Shown one piece after another: positions 1 through 9,885 of a stretch of DNA of 64,000 nucleotides. The translations under genes were made by a program, and so were the position numbers. The notes beneath the pieces were generated by a model. The model did not search any database. It was not told where the DNA came from and worked only from the letters and a program-made list of their open reading frames with translations. Position 1 is the stretch's first letter; every line of letters begins with the position of its first letter. The stretch lies in contig JAKBVZ010000015.1 in NCBI GenBank assembly GCA_021841005.1, positions 16,795 to 80,794 of the forward strand, written 5' to 3'. The DNA is from Actinomycetes bacterium. Lineage in GTDB: Bacteria > Actinomycetota > Acidimicrobiia > Acidimicrobiales > JAMCPL01.

Positions 1-243
1 ATTCCATTGCGTGTCGGCTTTTATCAGGAAGACGAGACGTCAACCATGATAGTGCGCCGTCTGATGGCAAGGCTGCTGGCTGACCATGGCGAAGAGGGGC
101 TTGTAGCGCCGGGAAATACGGCAGATGCACTCGTAAGCGGTTGGGTCGATAGCATCACAAGCTAGCTGGAAGCTACGTCGACCTATCCGGTGAGTACTTT
201 CGTCTATTAGTACAGATGCGAAATCTACCATGGGTGGTCATAC

Positions 244-2067
244 TCACTTGATCTTCTCCGAATCGACAAGCCGGATGTCGTGTACCCGCGCTTGCAACCC
301 CAGGATTCGCAACACGCCATCCAGAAGTCTTTCCAGTGTTTCAGACGCCATGGCTCGTGCGCCTGCAAGTTCCTTGCGCGAAGTCACTGATGAAACGGTC
401 TCGGCATATATCTTGAGCTTCGGCTCCGTACCGCTAGGCCTGACCATTACGCGTGAACCGTCCCCCACATGCCAGATCAACACGTTCGCAGGATCCACCG
501 GCTCCCCCGGGCACTTCTCTGCGTAGCCCCCAGCGAGATCCACGACGCCCGCATCACGACTCATAAGATCAGTGGCCGTGACTGCCAGTCCGTTCAAGGT
601 CCTAGGCACGTTACGGCGAACCTTGCCAAGCACCTGTTGAATTCCCTGCATTACATCTGCTCCTTGAACCAGCACAGCCCGCCGGCGCGTTGAGTACAGC
701 CCGTAATCCAGCGAAATGTCGTCAATGAGGTCACGAAGCGTCCGTCCCGACTCTGCAGCTTCCTCCGCAAGCTTCACTACAGCCAACGCGGCACTAATCC
801 CATCCTTGTCTGCTACGAGGGATGGGCGCAACGCGTAGCCAAGGGCTTCTTCGTAGCCGTAGACAAGATGGAACGCCGCTCCCCCCGCCCGAGCAATCCA
901 CTTGAAACCCGTCAGCGTCGTCACGCACCGCACACCTGCAGCATTGGCCATGCGCCGGAGAAGCGAGCTCGATACGACCGATGTGGCCACCACCGGCGGC
1001 AAGTCAGAGAGACCCTCGAGGAGGCGTCCAGCCGCAAGGCGCTGTAGTACTGAATTGCCTATAAGCGCCCCGAGATCGTCGCCACTCAGTGCGTGCCATC
1101 CTTGCGGATCCGGGACCATTACGGCAAGCCTGTCGGCATCGGGGTCGTTTGCAAGGATGAGATCGCCATGTACCTGCTCGGCAGTCTCGACGGCCAACTC
1201 CAGAGTCTCCGGTATCTCCGGGTTGGGAAACGGGGCCGTAGGAAACGTAGGGTCCGGCCTTTCTTGGGCAATTACTGGAACCGGAGCAGGCAGGCCGGCA
1301 CGTGTCATGACAGCCTTGAGGATCTCCGAACCCACCCCATGAAGAGCGGTGTGGACAACCTTGATGGCAGGCTGGCCTGACACCATGCGCTCGGACGCCG
1401 GCCCGGATCGACCGGAAATTGCTCTGACGTACGCATCAGCGATGCCGCTGGTGTCTCGCTTTGAATACGACCCCCTGTCCCATCCCCTTGGGAGTGCCAG
1501 AGGGTCTACGGCATCCATGCAAGCAGCTATCTCTCCGTCTGCTGGTGCAACCAGCTGAGCTCCATCCCCTTGATACAACTTGATACCGTTGTCCGTATGA
1601 GGGTTGTGACTGGCTGTGATCATGACACCCCATCGCGCACCAAGGTAACGAACCGCAAACGCAAGAACCGGTGTCGGTAATTCATGCGGCAGCAACCAGA
1701 CGGCAATGCCGGAGCGGGCAAGAACCCGTGCTACATCCGCAGCAAACTGGCTGGAATGTTTTCGTCCATCATAGCCAACGACCACGCCGCCGGCAGTTTC
1801 TCGGTCATATCCTTGCGCAATATAAGTGGCCAGGCCATAAGCAAACCGGGCGACAACCAGCCTATTCATCCGAAGCGCCCCTGCCCCGAGTTGCGCTCTT
1901 ATGCCCGCGGTACCGAATCTCAGCGAGCCTTCGAAACGCCGACCAAGTTCAGCCATCGCTCGTGTTTCGATCAGCCCGGTCAATTCGGCACGAGTCTCCG
2001 GATCAGGATCTACATCCCGCCAAGCGGCAGCTAGGGAAAGTAGCGCTCCATCCTCCACTACCGTCAC
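244..2067 (-). CDS. alpha-D-phosphohexomutase (phosphomannomutase/phosphoglucomutase family)
   Basis: Active-site loop 'TASHNPHTDNGIKLY', Mg-binding loop 'ANDPDADR' and N-terminal 'FGTAGIR'. The ORF opens at 2157, but family N-termini align near the in-frame GTG at 2067, so the start is uncertain. Confidence 0.85.
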   Translation of the reverse strand: MTVVEDGALLSLAAAWRDVDPDPETRAELTGLIETRAMAELGRRFEGSLRFGTAGIRAQLGAGALRMNRLVVARFAYGLATYIAQGYDRETAGGVVVGYDGRKHSSQFAADVARVLARSGIAVWLLPHELPTPVLAFAVRYLGARWGVMITASHNPHTDNGIKLYQGDGAQLVAPADGEIAACMDAVDPLALPRGWDRGSYSKRDTSGIADAYVRAISGRSGPASERMVSGQPAIKVVHTALHGVGSEILKAVMTRAGLPAPVPVIAQERPDPTFPTAPFPNPEIPETLELAVETAEQVHGDLILANDPDADRLAVMVPDPQGWHALSGDDLGALIGNSVLQRLAAGRLLEGLSDLPPVVATSVVSSSLLRRMANAAGVRCVTTLTGFKWIARAGGAAFHLVYGYEEALGYALRPSLVADKDGISAALAVVKLAEEAAESGRTLRDLIDDISLDYGLYSTRRRAVLVQGADVMQGIQQVLGKVRRNVPRTLNGLAVTATDLMSRDAGVVDLAGGYAEKCPGEPVDPANVLIWHVGDGSRVMVRPSGTEPKLKIYAETVSSVTSRKELAGARAMASETLERLLDGVLRILGLQARVHDIRLVDSEKIK

Positions 2068-2551
2068 CTCGGCTCGTTCATGACATCGGCGGGACCGACC
2101 TCTGAGGCCCACCCAGCGTCGGTACCACGGTTGTGCCGCAGGCAAGCGCCGCCCCACGATCGGCAGTGGCTTTCACGCTTTCAGCAACTCGTGCCCTTGC
2201 GCGTACCTGGGAAATAATCAATGCCACTTGCCTCCTCTCTCTTCTCTCTTGCCATTTCTTGCCATTTCTTGCCATTTCTTGCACCATCTGCATGTCACCT
2301 GCAATTTTATACCTGATATTGGATACGCTAGGGCTTGCGTCACGCAGTGACAATAGCCAATATGTAGTGAACAAGCCCCTAAACGACGCATAATGTGCCC
2401 TACGGTCGCTCATCCAGGGGTCGATCTTACGGTCGAAGTACCAGAATCATGCAGTATCCGAGTACTTGCAATTCCGCGACAAGCGGCATGCCGCTGTTAA
2501 CACCTGAATGCTCTACTGACACGATCACGGCATGGGTAGTAGGATCAGAAT

Positions 2552-3181
2552 ATGTTCGAGTATCCTTCCGATATCTATACCGAATCTGCATCAGATGTCG
2601 ATACGCTTAGTCGGCTGGGTCCACTCCAGCCTATGGCGGGCATATGGGAGGGCGTCAAGGGTGCAGACAAGCATCCTGCCGCTGGAGGTGACCATCAGGA
2701 TGCATTCGTCGAACGATACGAGCTTCAACCGATTGATCCGCAGACCAATGGGCCACAGCTGTTCTACGGACTTCGCTATCACACCCATATAGTCAAACCA
2801 GGCGAGGTGGAAACATTTCACGATCAAGTCGGGTACTGGCTCTGGGAACCGGTTGCCGGCATTGTAACCATGACCCTTGCCATAACTCGCGGCATGATAG
2901 CCATGGCATCAGGAACGGCAAGCCCGGACTCGACTACGTTCGAGCTTACCGCATCTCAAGGAGATCCGACCTACGGAATCTGCTCGAACCCTTTCCTGCA
3001 GGACGCATTCCGCACTATTCAATTCAATATTGTAGTCACAATAAATCCTGACCAGACATGGTCATACGAAGAGGATACCATTATGGAAGTGCGCGGCAGG
3101 AACGGGGTGGTTCACCACACTGATCGAAACACGCTGGCCAGGATAGCCGGACCGACTCCAAACCCGCTGGCCACTGTATAG
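2552..3181 (+). CDS. nitrobindin-like / DUF1794 heme-binding beta-barrel (FABP-fold) protein
   Basis: 209-aa ORF with an AGGA Shine-Dalgarno (SD) before the ATG. Segments 'GIWEGVKG', 'YGLRYHTHI' and 'GYWLWEP' resemble actinobacterial THAP4/nitrobindin-type proteins. Recognition is from memory only. Confidence 0.55.
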   Translation: MFEYPSDIYTESASDVDTLSRLGPLQPMAGIWEGVKGADKHPAAGGDHQDAFVERYELQPIDPQTNGPQLFYGLRYHTHIVKPGEVETFHDQVGYWLWEPVAGIVTMTLAITRGMIAMASGTASPDSTTFELTASQGDPTYGICSNPFLQDAFRTIQFNIVVTINPDQTWSYEEDTIMEVRGRNGVVHHTDRNTLARIAGPTPNPLATV

Positions 3182-3647
3182 CCGCCCTAAGAGGCGGTCT
3201 CCCACCATGCATGCTCCGTGCCCGGGAATCACCATTTTCGCACCCTTCGCGAGACCAAGTTCCACCGTTCCCGCTGGGTCACTTCGGTGGGCCATGCTAT
3301 CCGAGGCCGTTCAGAACCGCCCAGCCAACGACGCGTCCTCCCGGTTTCAATGGTATTATATTTTGTACCATGGTTTGAGCGGTTGGCGTTGCCTGCCCTG
3401 GTATATGCTTGCACATGGGTAGCTAAGGGTGTAGTATGTATATATCCACTGGCAGCTGACTAGCCAGATGATTTGTACAGTGGTAAATTCAAGCGGTATA
3501 CGCTCTTCCATGGGGTCACGTGCAAGCCCGGTCGGTATGTTGACGTGCACAGCGGAGGTATCCATTGCATTATCGATGTCAAGATATGTGATGCATACGA
3601 GGCAACATAGGTATGAGCAATCTATTAATTGGTGAGGTGATACTCAA

Positions 3648-5645
3648 GTGCCTGATGAGCAACAGCTCGAAAGGACCCTGCTCGAACGCAAGGAAAGAGA
3701 AGAGCTACGGGAAATAGCCCGTGCTCTCTCCGTCCATGTAACGACTCGGCTGAAAAAGGCTGATATCGTGGACAGGATACTGGCAAAGGTTGGCAACGGT
3801 CATGGAGAATCGTCGACCAGTAATTTACCGGTCGCTTTCCCTGCTTGGGAATCGGGGGGTGATCATGTGCCGGCAGGTGATAACGGCGCGACTGGGACTA
3901 GGGTCGGTGAAGGCGCAATCCAGCAGGAGGTTCGGACATTAGATAGCAGGAAACCGAATGGCAATGGACTGGCTGGATCCTCAGTAACGTCTCTACAGGA
4001 TGACCTGCAGGAGTCAGAGCCGGTAGATGGCATTCAGTTGGGGATGGCTGGGAGACACTCGAAAGGCAGGAACGATGAGAGAGTTGTGCATGACAACCAG
4101 CAGGACATTATTGTGAGCGAGGAAACCAGCGGTAAAATTACCCATGATACGCAGGATGGAGCTATTCCTGTTCAGGATGGAGCCGTGCACCACCAGGATG
4201 AGGTGTCGCAATCTACAGGGATCGGGGAGGGCGAACGAGCCGAGCAATTCCGCGAGTCTGGAGATCATGTGCACGCACCGGCCAAGACCAGGACCCAGGG
4301 ACAAAGCCAGGGACAAAGCCAGGGACAAAGCCAGGGACAAAGCCAGGGACAAAGCCAAAGCCAGACCCAGACCCAGACCCAGACCCAGGGACAGCCTGCC
4401 AGTTCAGGGGGCCGCCGTAATCGGAGGAAAAGAGGGAAGGAGCGCTCGGACAGGCCCGACAGAGAAATGCAATCCACGTCGGTCGAATCCTACGACGGAG
4501 AGCTCGCCGTCGCGAGTGGAATCCTTGATTTGCGAGAAGAAGGATATGGTTTCCTTCGCTCAGACGGGTACCTGCCGAGTGCCAAGGATGTCTATGTCTC
4601 AATCAGTCAGGTGAAGAAATTCGCTCTTCGTAAGGGGGACTGGATAGAGGGGGCGTCCAGGCCCGCAATCAACAATGAAAAGTACCCGGCACTTATAAGG
4701 ATTGACACCATAGGAGGCATGCCGGCTGAGGAGATCAAAGGGAGACCGAGATTCGAGGCCTTGACACCGCTCTTCCCTGACCAGAGGCTTACGATGGAAA
4801 TTCCCGGTGACACCGGAACGAGTGCGATGACCGCGAGGATAGTGGACTTGCTGTGTCCTATAGGCAAGGGCCAAAGAGGCCTCATAGTGTCTCCCCCTAA
4901 GGCAGGTAAGACAACGGTCATGAAACAGATTGCTCGGTCCATAGAGGTCAACAACCCCGAGGTGCATCTTATGGTCTTGCTGGTGGATGAGCGACCCGAA
5001 GAGGTGACCGATATGCGTAGGTCTGTAAAAGGGGAAGTCGTATCCTCTACGTTCGACAGGCCCAGTGATGAGCACACGACGGTTGCCGAGTTGGCTCTCG
5101 AGAGAGCGAAGCGCCTGGTGGAATTAGGTAAGGACGTGGTCATCATTCTTGACGGGATCACTCGGCTTGCTCGTGCCTACAACCTTGCCCAGCCAGCAAC
5201 AGGTAGGATCATGTCGGGAGGCGTGGATTCGGGCGCCCTGTATCCGCCGAAGAAATTCTTTGGAGCTGCCCGGAATATAGAAGAAGGCGGCTCGCTCACT
5301 ATTCTTGCTACAGCTCTCGTGGAAACGGGATCGAAGATGGACGAGGTGATTTTCGAGGAGTTCAAGGGTACGGGTAACATGGAGCTGAGGCTGGACCGCC
5401 ATCTGGCCGAGAGACGGCTTTATCCTTCCATAGATGTGAATGCCAGTTCGACTCGTCATGAGGAGTTGCTCTTCGGGCAGGGGCAGCTTCAGCAGGTATG
5501 GAAGCTAAGGAGGGTGCTGAACGCTCTCGCGGCTGATGGAAGCGCTGCAGCTGGCTTGGAGCTGTTGATGGACAAGATCAGGACGACAAAGGGCAACGAC
5601 GACTTCTTGGCTGACATAGCCAAGGGGCCGGCTCCGCCAATGTAG
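3648..5645 (+). CDS. rho: transcription termination factor Rho with a ~220-aa N-terminal low-complexity insertion
   Basis: GTG start after a GGTGAGGTGA SD. Rho_N-like '[11 protein letters not shown]...[12 protein letters not shown]', Walker A 'SPPKAGKTT', and '[16 protein letters not shown]'. The rho-rpmE-prfA-prmC order matches actinobacteria. Confidence 0.97.
   Translation: MPDEQQLERTLLERKEREELREIARALSVHVTTRLKKADIVDRILAKVGNGHGESSTSNLPVAFPAWESGGDHVPAGDNGATGTRVGEGAIQQEVRTLDSRKPNGNGLAGSSVTSLQDDLQESEPVDGIQLGMAGRHSKGRNDERVVHDNQQDIIVSEETSGKITHDTQDGAIPVQDGAVHHQDEVSQSTGIGEGERAEQFRESGDHVHAPAKTRTQGQSQGQSQGQSQGQSQGQSQSQTQTQTQTQGQPASSGGRRNRRKRGKERSDRPDREMQSTSVESYDGELAVASGILDLREEGYGFLRSDGYLPSAKDVYVSISQVKKFALRKGDWIEGASRPAINNEKYPALIRIDTIGGMPAEEIKGRPRFEALTPLFPDQRLTMEIPGDTGTSAMTARIVDLLCPIGKGQRGLIVSPPKAGKTTVMKQIARSIEVNNPEVHLMVLLVDERPEEVTDMRRSVKGEVVSSTFDRPSDEHTTVAELALERAKRLVELGKDVVIILDGITRLARAYNLAQPATGRIMSGGVDSGALYPPKKFFGAARNIEEGGSLTILATALVETGSKMDEVIFEEFKGTGNMELRLDRHLAERRLYPSIDVNASSTRHEELLFGQGQLQQVWKLRRVLNALAADGSAAAGLELLMDKIRTTKGNDDFLADIAKGPAPPM
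4296..4393 (+). repeat. in-frame microsatellite inside rho: (CAGGGACAAAGC)x5 followed by (CAGACC)n
   Basis: Read directly from the sequence. It encodes '[33 protein letters not shown]'. Confidence 0.95.
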
Positions 5646-5765
5646 CTCGTGCCGGACATTGTTGGCAGACTCCCCCATCCCGTAAGGTCCTACAGCGGCT
5701 GGGGCAACTTGGTGCAAGCAGGATTGAACAAATAAACTGTATACGAAAGAGGAGCAGTATAGGCT

Positions 5766-5996
5766 ATGAAACCAGGCATACATCCGCAATATGTTGAGGC
5801 TACCGTAACGTGCTCGTGCGGCAACACGTTCGTTACTCGCTCGACCAAGGAAGAATTGCATATCGAGCTGTGCAACCAGTGCCATCCCTTTTATACCGGC
5901 AAGCAAAAGCTGGTTGATACTGGTGGACGGGTAGAGAGGTTCAACCGTCGTTATGGCAAGAGCGCTCAGCGGCGCAAGACGCTCGAGGCGAAATAG
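5766..5996 (+). CDS. rpmE: 50S ribosomal protein L31 (Zn-ribbon type, CxC...CxxC)
   Basis: 'MKPGIHPQY...CSCGN...[13 protein letters not shown]' with a GAGGAG SD upstream. Confidence 0.97.
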   Translation: MKPGIHPQYVEATVTCSCGNTFVTRSTKEELHIELCNQCHPFYTGKQKLVDTGGRVERFNRRYGKSAQRRKTLEAK

Positions 5997-6095
5997 GGCG
6001 GGGCAGGAGGTCCCATCCTGCTGTGGCCAATCTGCATAATCAATAATCACCCATAAATATCCAGTGGATGCTTACGTGGCGAACCGGGCTTAGAG

Positions 6096-7196
6096 ATGGA
6101 CCCATTACGTGAGGAGGAATACGAGGCTGAATACGAGGCGATAGCAGCTCAGTTGTCGGATCAGGCAGTTATATCTGATCCGGCTAAGTTGAGAGAACTT
6201 TCCAAGCGCTTCAAAGAACTGGAGAGCATAACGCGAGTAGTACGTAATTTGCGCCAAGCGGAAGGCGACCTGCATGCTGCTAGAGAGCTTTATAGCGATC
6301 TTTCCGGTGACGACCGTGACCTGGCTAGGACGGAGGTGGAGGAAGCGGAACGTGCTCTGGAGAAGTACGAGCAGGAACTACGCGATGTGCTGGTACCCAG
6401 AGACCCTAACGCTGGCCGGGATGTCATGCTGGAGATACGGGGAGCGGAAGGGGGCGAGGAAGCCAATTTGTTCGCTAGGGATCTATTTGAAATGTACAGG
6501 AAATATGCCGAGCAAAAGGGGTGGAAGTCCGAAGTGCTCTCGTTGAACCAGTCTGAGCAGGATGGAATCAATGAGGCGGTTATCGTATTCAAAGGAGAAG
6601 ATGCATGGCAGCGCCTCAAGCATGAAGGGGGGCCGCATCGGGTCCAGAGAATACCCGCAACAGAATCGCAGGGACGGGTACATACCTCATCTGCTACGGT
6701 AACTGTCATCCCCGTTGCAGAGGAAGTGGAAGTCGAGATAGAACCATCAGACATACGAGTCGATGTATTCCGTTCTACTGGCCCAGGGGGCCAATCGGTC
6801 AACACCACTGATTCGGCCGTGAGGATTACCCATATACCTACCGGCATCGTAGTATCCATGCAGGAGGAACGTAGCCAGATACAGAACAGGGCGAGAGCGA
6901 TGCAGGTACTCCGTTCGAGGCTGCTCCAGTTGGAGCAGGAACGAAAGGCAGGAGAGGAGTCGGCATTGCGCAAGAGTCAGGTTGGAGGCGGTGGGCGTTC
7001 AGAGAAGGTGCGCACCTACAACTTCAGGGAGAACAGGGTGACGGACCACAGAATCAAGCTCACCCTTTACAGGCTGGATAGAGTGCTTCAAGGCGATCTT
7101 GATGAGATAGTGGATGGCCTCCTCGCTGACGAACGCTCTCGCCAACTCTTGGACAGTTCTGTGGCCGGCGATTCTCTCACCATGCCCGCCAAGTGA
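6096..7196 (+). CDS. prfA: peptide chain release factor 1
   Basis: GGQ motif 'GPGGQSVNTTDSAVRITHIPTG' and the RF1-type tripeptide 'PAT' in 'RIPATESQGRVHTS'. Confidence 0.97.
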   Translation: MDPLREEEYEAEYEAIAAQLSDQAVISDPAKLRELSKRFKELESITRVVRNLRQAEGDLHAARELYSDLSGDDRDLARTEVEEAERALEKYEQELRDVLVPRDPNAGRDVMLEIRGAEGGEEANLFARDLFEMYRKYAEQKGWKSEVLSLNQSEQDGINEAVIVFKGEDAWQRLKHEGGPHRVQRIPATESQGRVHTSSATVTVIPVAEEVEVEIEPSDIRVDVFRSTGPGGQSVNTTDSAVRITHIPTGIVVSMQEERSQIQNRARAMQVLRSRLLQLEQERKAGEESALRKSQVGGGGRSEKVRTYNFRENRVTDHRIKLTLYRLDRVLQGDLDEIVDGLLADERSRQLLDSSVAGDSLTMPAK

Positions 7197-7227
7197 ACAG
7201 TTGAAACATATCCTGGAGAATGAAGTC

Positions 7228-8160
7228 ATGTCCAAGGACGTATCTATCCCTGGTTCCGGTTTTCATCGTGGCCCTGCGTTGCGCATGAAGGACGCTCTGG
7301 AATCAGCTCGTAAGGCAACGGGCGCACTGAATGCCGCGTACTGGATAGTTGAAAAGGTTACTGGCTACGATAGAAGCGGCATTATGCTGCGCGGACAGAC
7401 GGTGTTACCTGCCTCGCAGTCCGGATTGTTGTACACGCTGTTGGCGCGTATTGAAGCGGGAGAGCCATTGCAGTATGTATTAGGCACGTGGGGCTTCAGG
7501 GGGTTGGACATTCACTGCGACAGGCGGGCGCTGATCCCAAGACCCGAGACGGAACAAGTGGTCGATGTAGCGCTCGAGGAATTGAGTAAAATACCCGGAG
7601 ACGACCTGCTGGTGGCCGATCTGGGCACTGGCTCTGGAGCCATCGCTCTGGCCATCGCCGTGGAAGGTGGCTCAAAGGTGGATGGGAGAGTGCTGAAGGT
7701 GGTGGCAACGGACATCTCGCGTGATGCATTGGAACTGGCTGCGGAAAACCTGGAGTACACCGTAGGCAACCGTCCCGAAATCGCCGGTATGGTCATATTC
7801 AGACAGGGATCATGGTACGATGCATTGGATCGCGGGGACAGGGGGCGGCTCTCGATGATCGTGTCGAACCCACCGTACCTGTCCCGTAGCCAATGGGTAA
7901 GTCTTGATCCAATAGTATTGGAATACGAGCCTAAAGTTGCTCTGGTGGGGGGGGAAGACGGGCTGGAATGCCTTCGCGTGCTGATTGGCGGGGCGATACA
8001 GTGGCTGTCGGAGAATGGATGCATGGTGCTGGAGATCGACCCATTGCAAGAAGAGGCGGTCGTGGAGATGGCCGTAAAGGTGGGCTTCGGTAGGGTGCTG
8101 ATCCTTGATGATCTCTGTGGCCGTCCGAGGGTGTGTGTAGCAGAACGGCATTCACTGTAG
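7228..8160 (+). CDS. prmC: release-factor glutamine N5-methyltransferase (PrmC/HemK)
   Basis: 'IVSNPPY' catalytic motif and the SAM-binding 'VADLGTGSGAIAL'. The ORF track starts at 7114, inside prfA. The in-frame ATG at 7228 lies just after the prfA stop. Confidence 0.9.
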   Translation: MSKDVSIPGSGFHRGPALRMKDALESARKATGALNAAYWIVEKVTGYDRSGIMLRGQTVLPASQSGLLYTLLARIEAGEPLQYVLGTWGFRGLDIHCDRRALIPRPETEQVVDVALEELSKIPGDDLLVADLGTGSGAIALAIAVEGGSKVDGRVLKVVATDISRDALELAAENLEYTVGNRPEIAGMVIFRQGSWYDALDRGDRGRLSMIVSNPPYLSRSQWVSLDPIVLEYEPKVALVGGEDGLECLRVLIGGAIQWLSENGCMVLEIDPLQEEAVVEMAVKVGFGRVLILDDLCGRPRVCVAERHSL

Positions 8161-8178
8161 CTGGTTTGCCGTTTGTTG

Positions 8179-8208
8179 GTTTGTTCATCCGAGGCTGGAT
8201 GAGCAAAC
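8179..8208. terminator. hairpin between convergent prmC and the L,D-transpeptidase gene
   Basis: GTTTGTTCATCC-gaggct-GGATGAGCAAAC forms a 12-bp stem with one mismatch. There is no strong U-tract on either side. Confidence 0.4.
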
Positions 8209-8239
8209 TGATGGCTCAGGCCTGCCAGCAAACCGGGTG

Positions 8240-9418
8240 TCAGGGGGCTATGGTGACCAGCGTACCGATGGGAGTGTAGGGATATACTTTCTGGGCAGTC
8301 GGAATCGGCTGTTCTACGCAGCCCAGGCTTTGAGGCCACCCGTAAGAAGCTCTGTAGAATCCGTGGAGAGCATCACTCTGGTAAAAGTAGCTTATCCAGT
8401 GGACCGGGTCGGCATAGTGACTACCATTGGGGTTGGTGCCTCGCATTATCTGGAAAGGATAACGCAGGTATACGGCATACGTTCCATTTGGAGTCGGGGA
8501 CTGTGGTATGCCAGTATTGACCGGAGTGGTGATTATAACCTGACCATTGCTGTAGAGGTCCATTGTCTCGGGTAGCTGCTTGGATACGTAGACATAATCA
8601 TAGGGCTTTGGATCGGTCTGGCCTTTGGCCACGGCTGCCAGGAGAGCGTTCCATACCTGTGGCCCTACTATGCCATCTGTCGACAGGTTGTGCTGATCCT
8701 CGAATGCCATTACGGCGCCCTTGGTAACCATATTGGTCTGCCCAGGTGTCCACATGGATTGCAGGTACTGCTGCATGCTGGCCCATTTCCAGCTGAAAGT
8801 GCCGGGCTGGGCAATGGCTTCGTTCTGCGGCGCAACTGGTGCGGGGTTGGAGGGATTGAAAGTCAGTGGCAGGTAGCCCAGCTGGGCTAGTAGCTGCTGC
8901 GCTCTCAGTAGAGAGCCAGGAGCGATGCTGAAGACAACGCTGGCATTTGCAGGCAGTATCTGTCCCTTGGTGCCCTTGATGCCGCTCGTGCTTCCAGGGA
9001 TGTCGATTGTTTCCGTGCCATACGGTGCGAAGGAAGCGCTCGGCTGGAATGCTAATGTGTTAGGTGATGGCTGGGTCCACTTTCCCGGTACGGCAGGCGA
9101 GAGTGACGGCATCGGTCCGCCGCTGGCCAGTGGAGCCGAGAAGGTCACCGAAATTCCTGTATTCGGAGCTACATTGGTTGCTCCTGGGGCGGGTGTGGTA
9201 GACGTAATACTCAGAGAAGGAAGGGGGCGGGTGGCAACGAGTTTGGCAGATCTAGATCCCGAAGAACCGGTTGCGCCGGCAAGAGACACCTTGCCCGCAG
9301 AGGTTACAACGAACGCGCCGGCAGCCACTACGGCAATTCCTGCGAGGATGAACAACGACACAGCTCCTTTGTGGCTCTTCGACCGTCCGTAGCTTGTACG
9401 TCCATGACTGGCGCTCAT
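8240..9418 (-). CDS. membrane-anchored L,D-transpeptidase (Ig-like domain + PG-binding domain + YkuD domain)
   Basis: N-terminal TM anchor, a PG-binding-like 'LLRAQQLLAQLGYLP', and the YkuD catalytic region 'LHGFYRASYGWPQSLGCVE' (His...Gly-Cys). Confidence 0.85.
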   Translation of the reverse strand: MSASHGRTSYGRSKSHKGAVSLFILAGIAVVAAGAFVVTSAGKVSLAGATGSSGSRSAKLVATRPLPSLSITSTTPAPGATNVAPNTGISVTFSAPLASGGPMPSLSPAVPGKWTQPSPNTLAFQPSASFAPYGTETIDIPGSTSGIKGTKGQILPANASVVFSIAPGSLLRAQQLLAQLGYLPLTFNPSNPAPVAPQNEAIAQPGTFSWKWASMQQYLQSMWTPGQTNMVTKGAVMAFEDQHNLSTDGIVGPQVWNALLAAVAKGQTDPKPYDYVYVSKQLPETMDLYSNGQVIITTPVNTGIPQSPTPNGTYAVYLRYPFQIMRGTNPNGSHYADPVHWISYFYQSDALHGFYRASYGWPQSLGCVEQPIPTAQKVYPYTPIGTLVTIAP

Positions 9419-9671
9419 GTCAAATTTGCTCCTTTCTTCGCGTACGACTCCAACTACAGCTTATTATTGCCCGACAGGCTATGCGTTTCATCCAGTCTGT
9501 ATCTATTGCCGCCCCACCAGAGCCTTTCCGAACCCATGCCCGAATCAGTGCATTACAATACTGATTATATTACGTACGAAGAAAAAAAGTGCTTCACTGC
9601 TCACGTTGTCATGAAACTGTAACAATTACGGCCAGAGGAGCTGGCGCAGTTTGGCGAGAGTCTCAGACGTG

Positions 9672-9884
9672 GCCAGCGCACCGGAGTATAGGGGTGCCGG
9701 GCAACAGGGTAATTGCATCGTGCACGAGCTGCCGGCATAGCGGCCGCAGCAGACTTGAAGTATAGGGGTGCCGGGCAACAGGGTAATTGCATCGTGCACG
9801 AGCTGCCGGCATAGCGGCCGCAGCAGACTTGGAGTATAGGGGTGCCGGGCAACAGGGTAATTGCATCGTGCACGAGCTGCCGGC
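9672..9884. repeat. tandem repeat, 74-bp unit, ~2.7-2.9 copies, ending 2 nt from the glnD stop codon
   Basis: Unit 'GTATAGGGGTGCCGGGCAACAGGGTAATTGCATCGTGCACGAGCTGCCGGCATAGCGGCCGCAGCAGACTTGRA' starts at 9686, 9760 and 9834. The last copy is truncated, and a diverged partial copy lies upstream of 9686. Confidence 0.95.
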
Positions 9885-9885
9885 T

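Noticed and set aside
1-231. Left-edge ORFs: a plus-strand open frame 1-165 ('...RLMARLLADHGEEGLVAPGNTADALVSGWVDSITS*') and the 63-aa minus-strand ORF 40-231.
   Set aside because: They are mutually exclusive, too short, and have no motif I can recognise. One of them may be the end of a real gene, but it cannot be supported from this window.
7944-7956. G8 homopolymer inside prmC as a phase-variation switch.
   Set aside because: It encodes the conserved 'VGGEDG' region of a housekeeping methyltransferase. There is no alternative frame of interest, so it is most likely an incidental result of codon choice.
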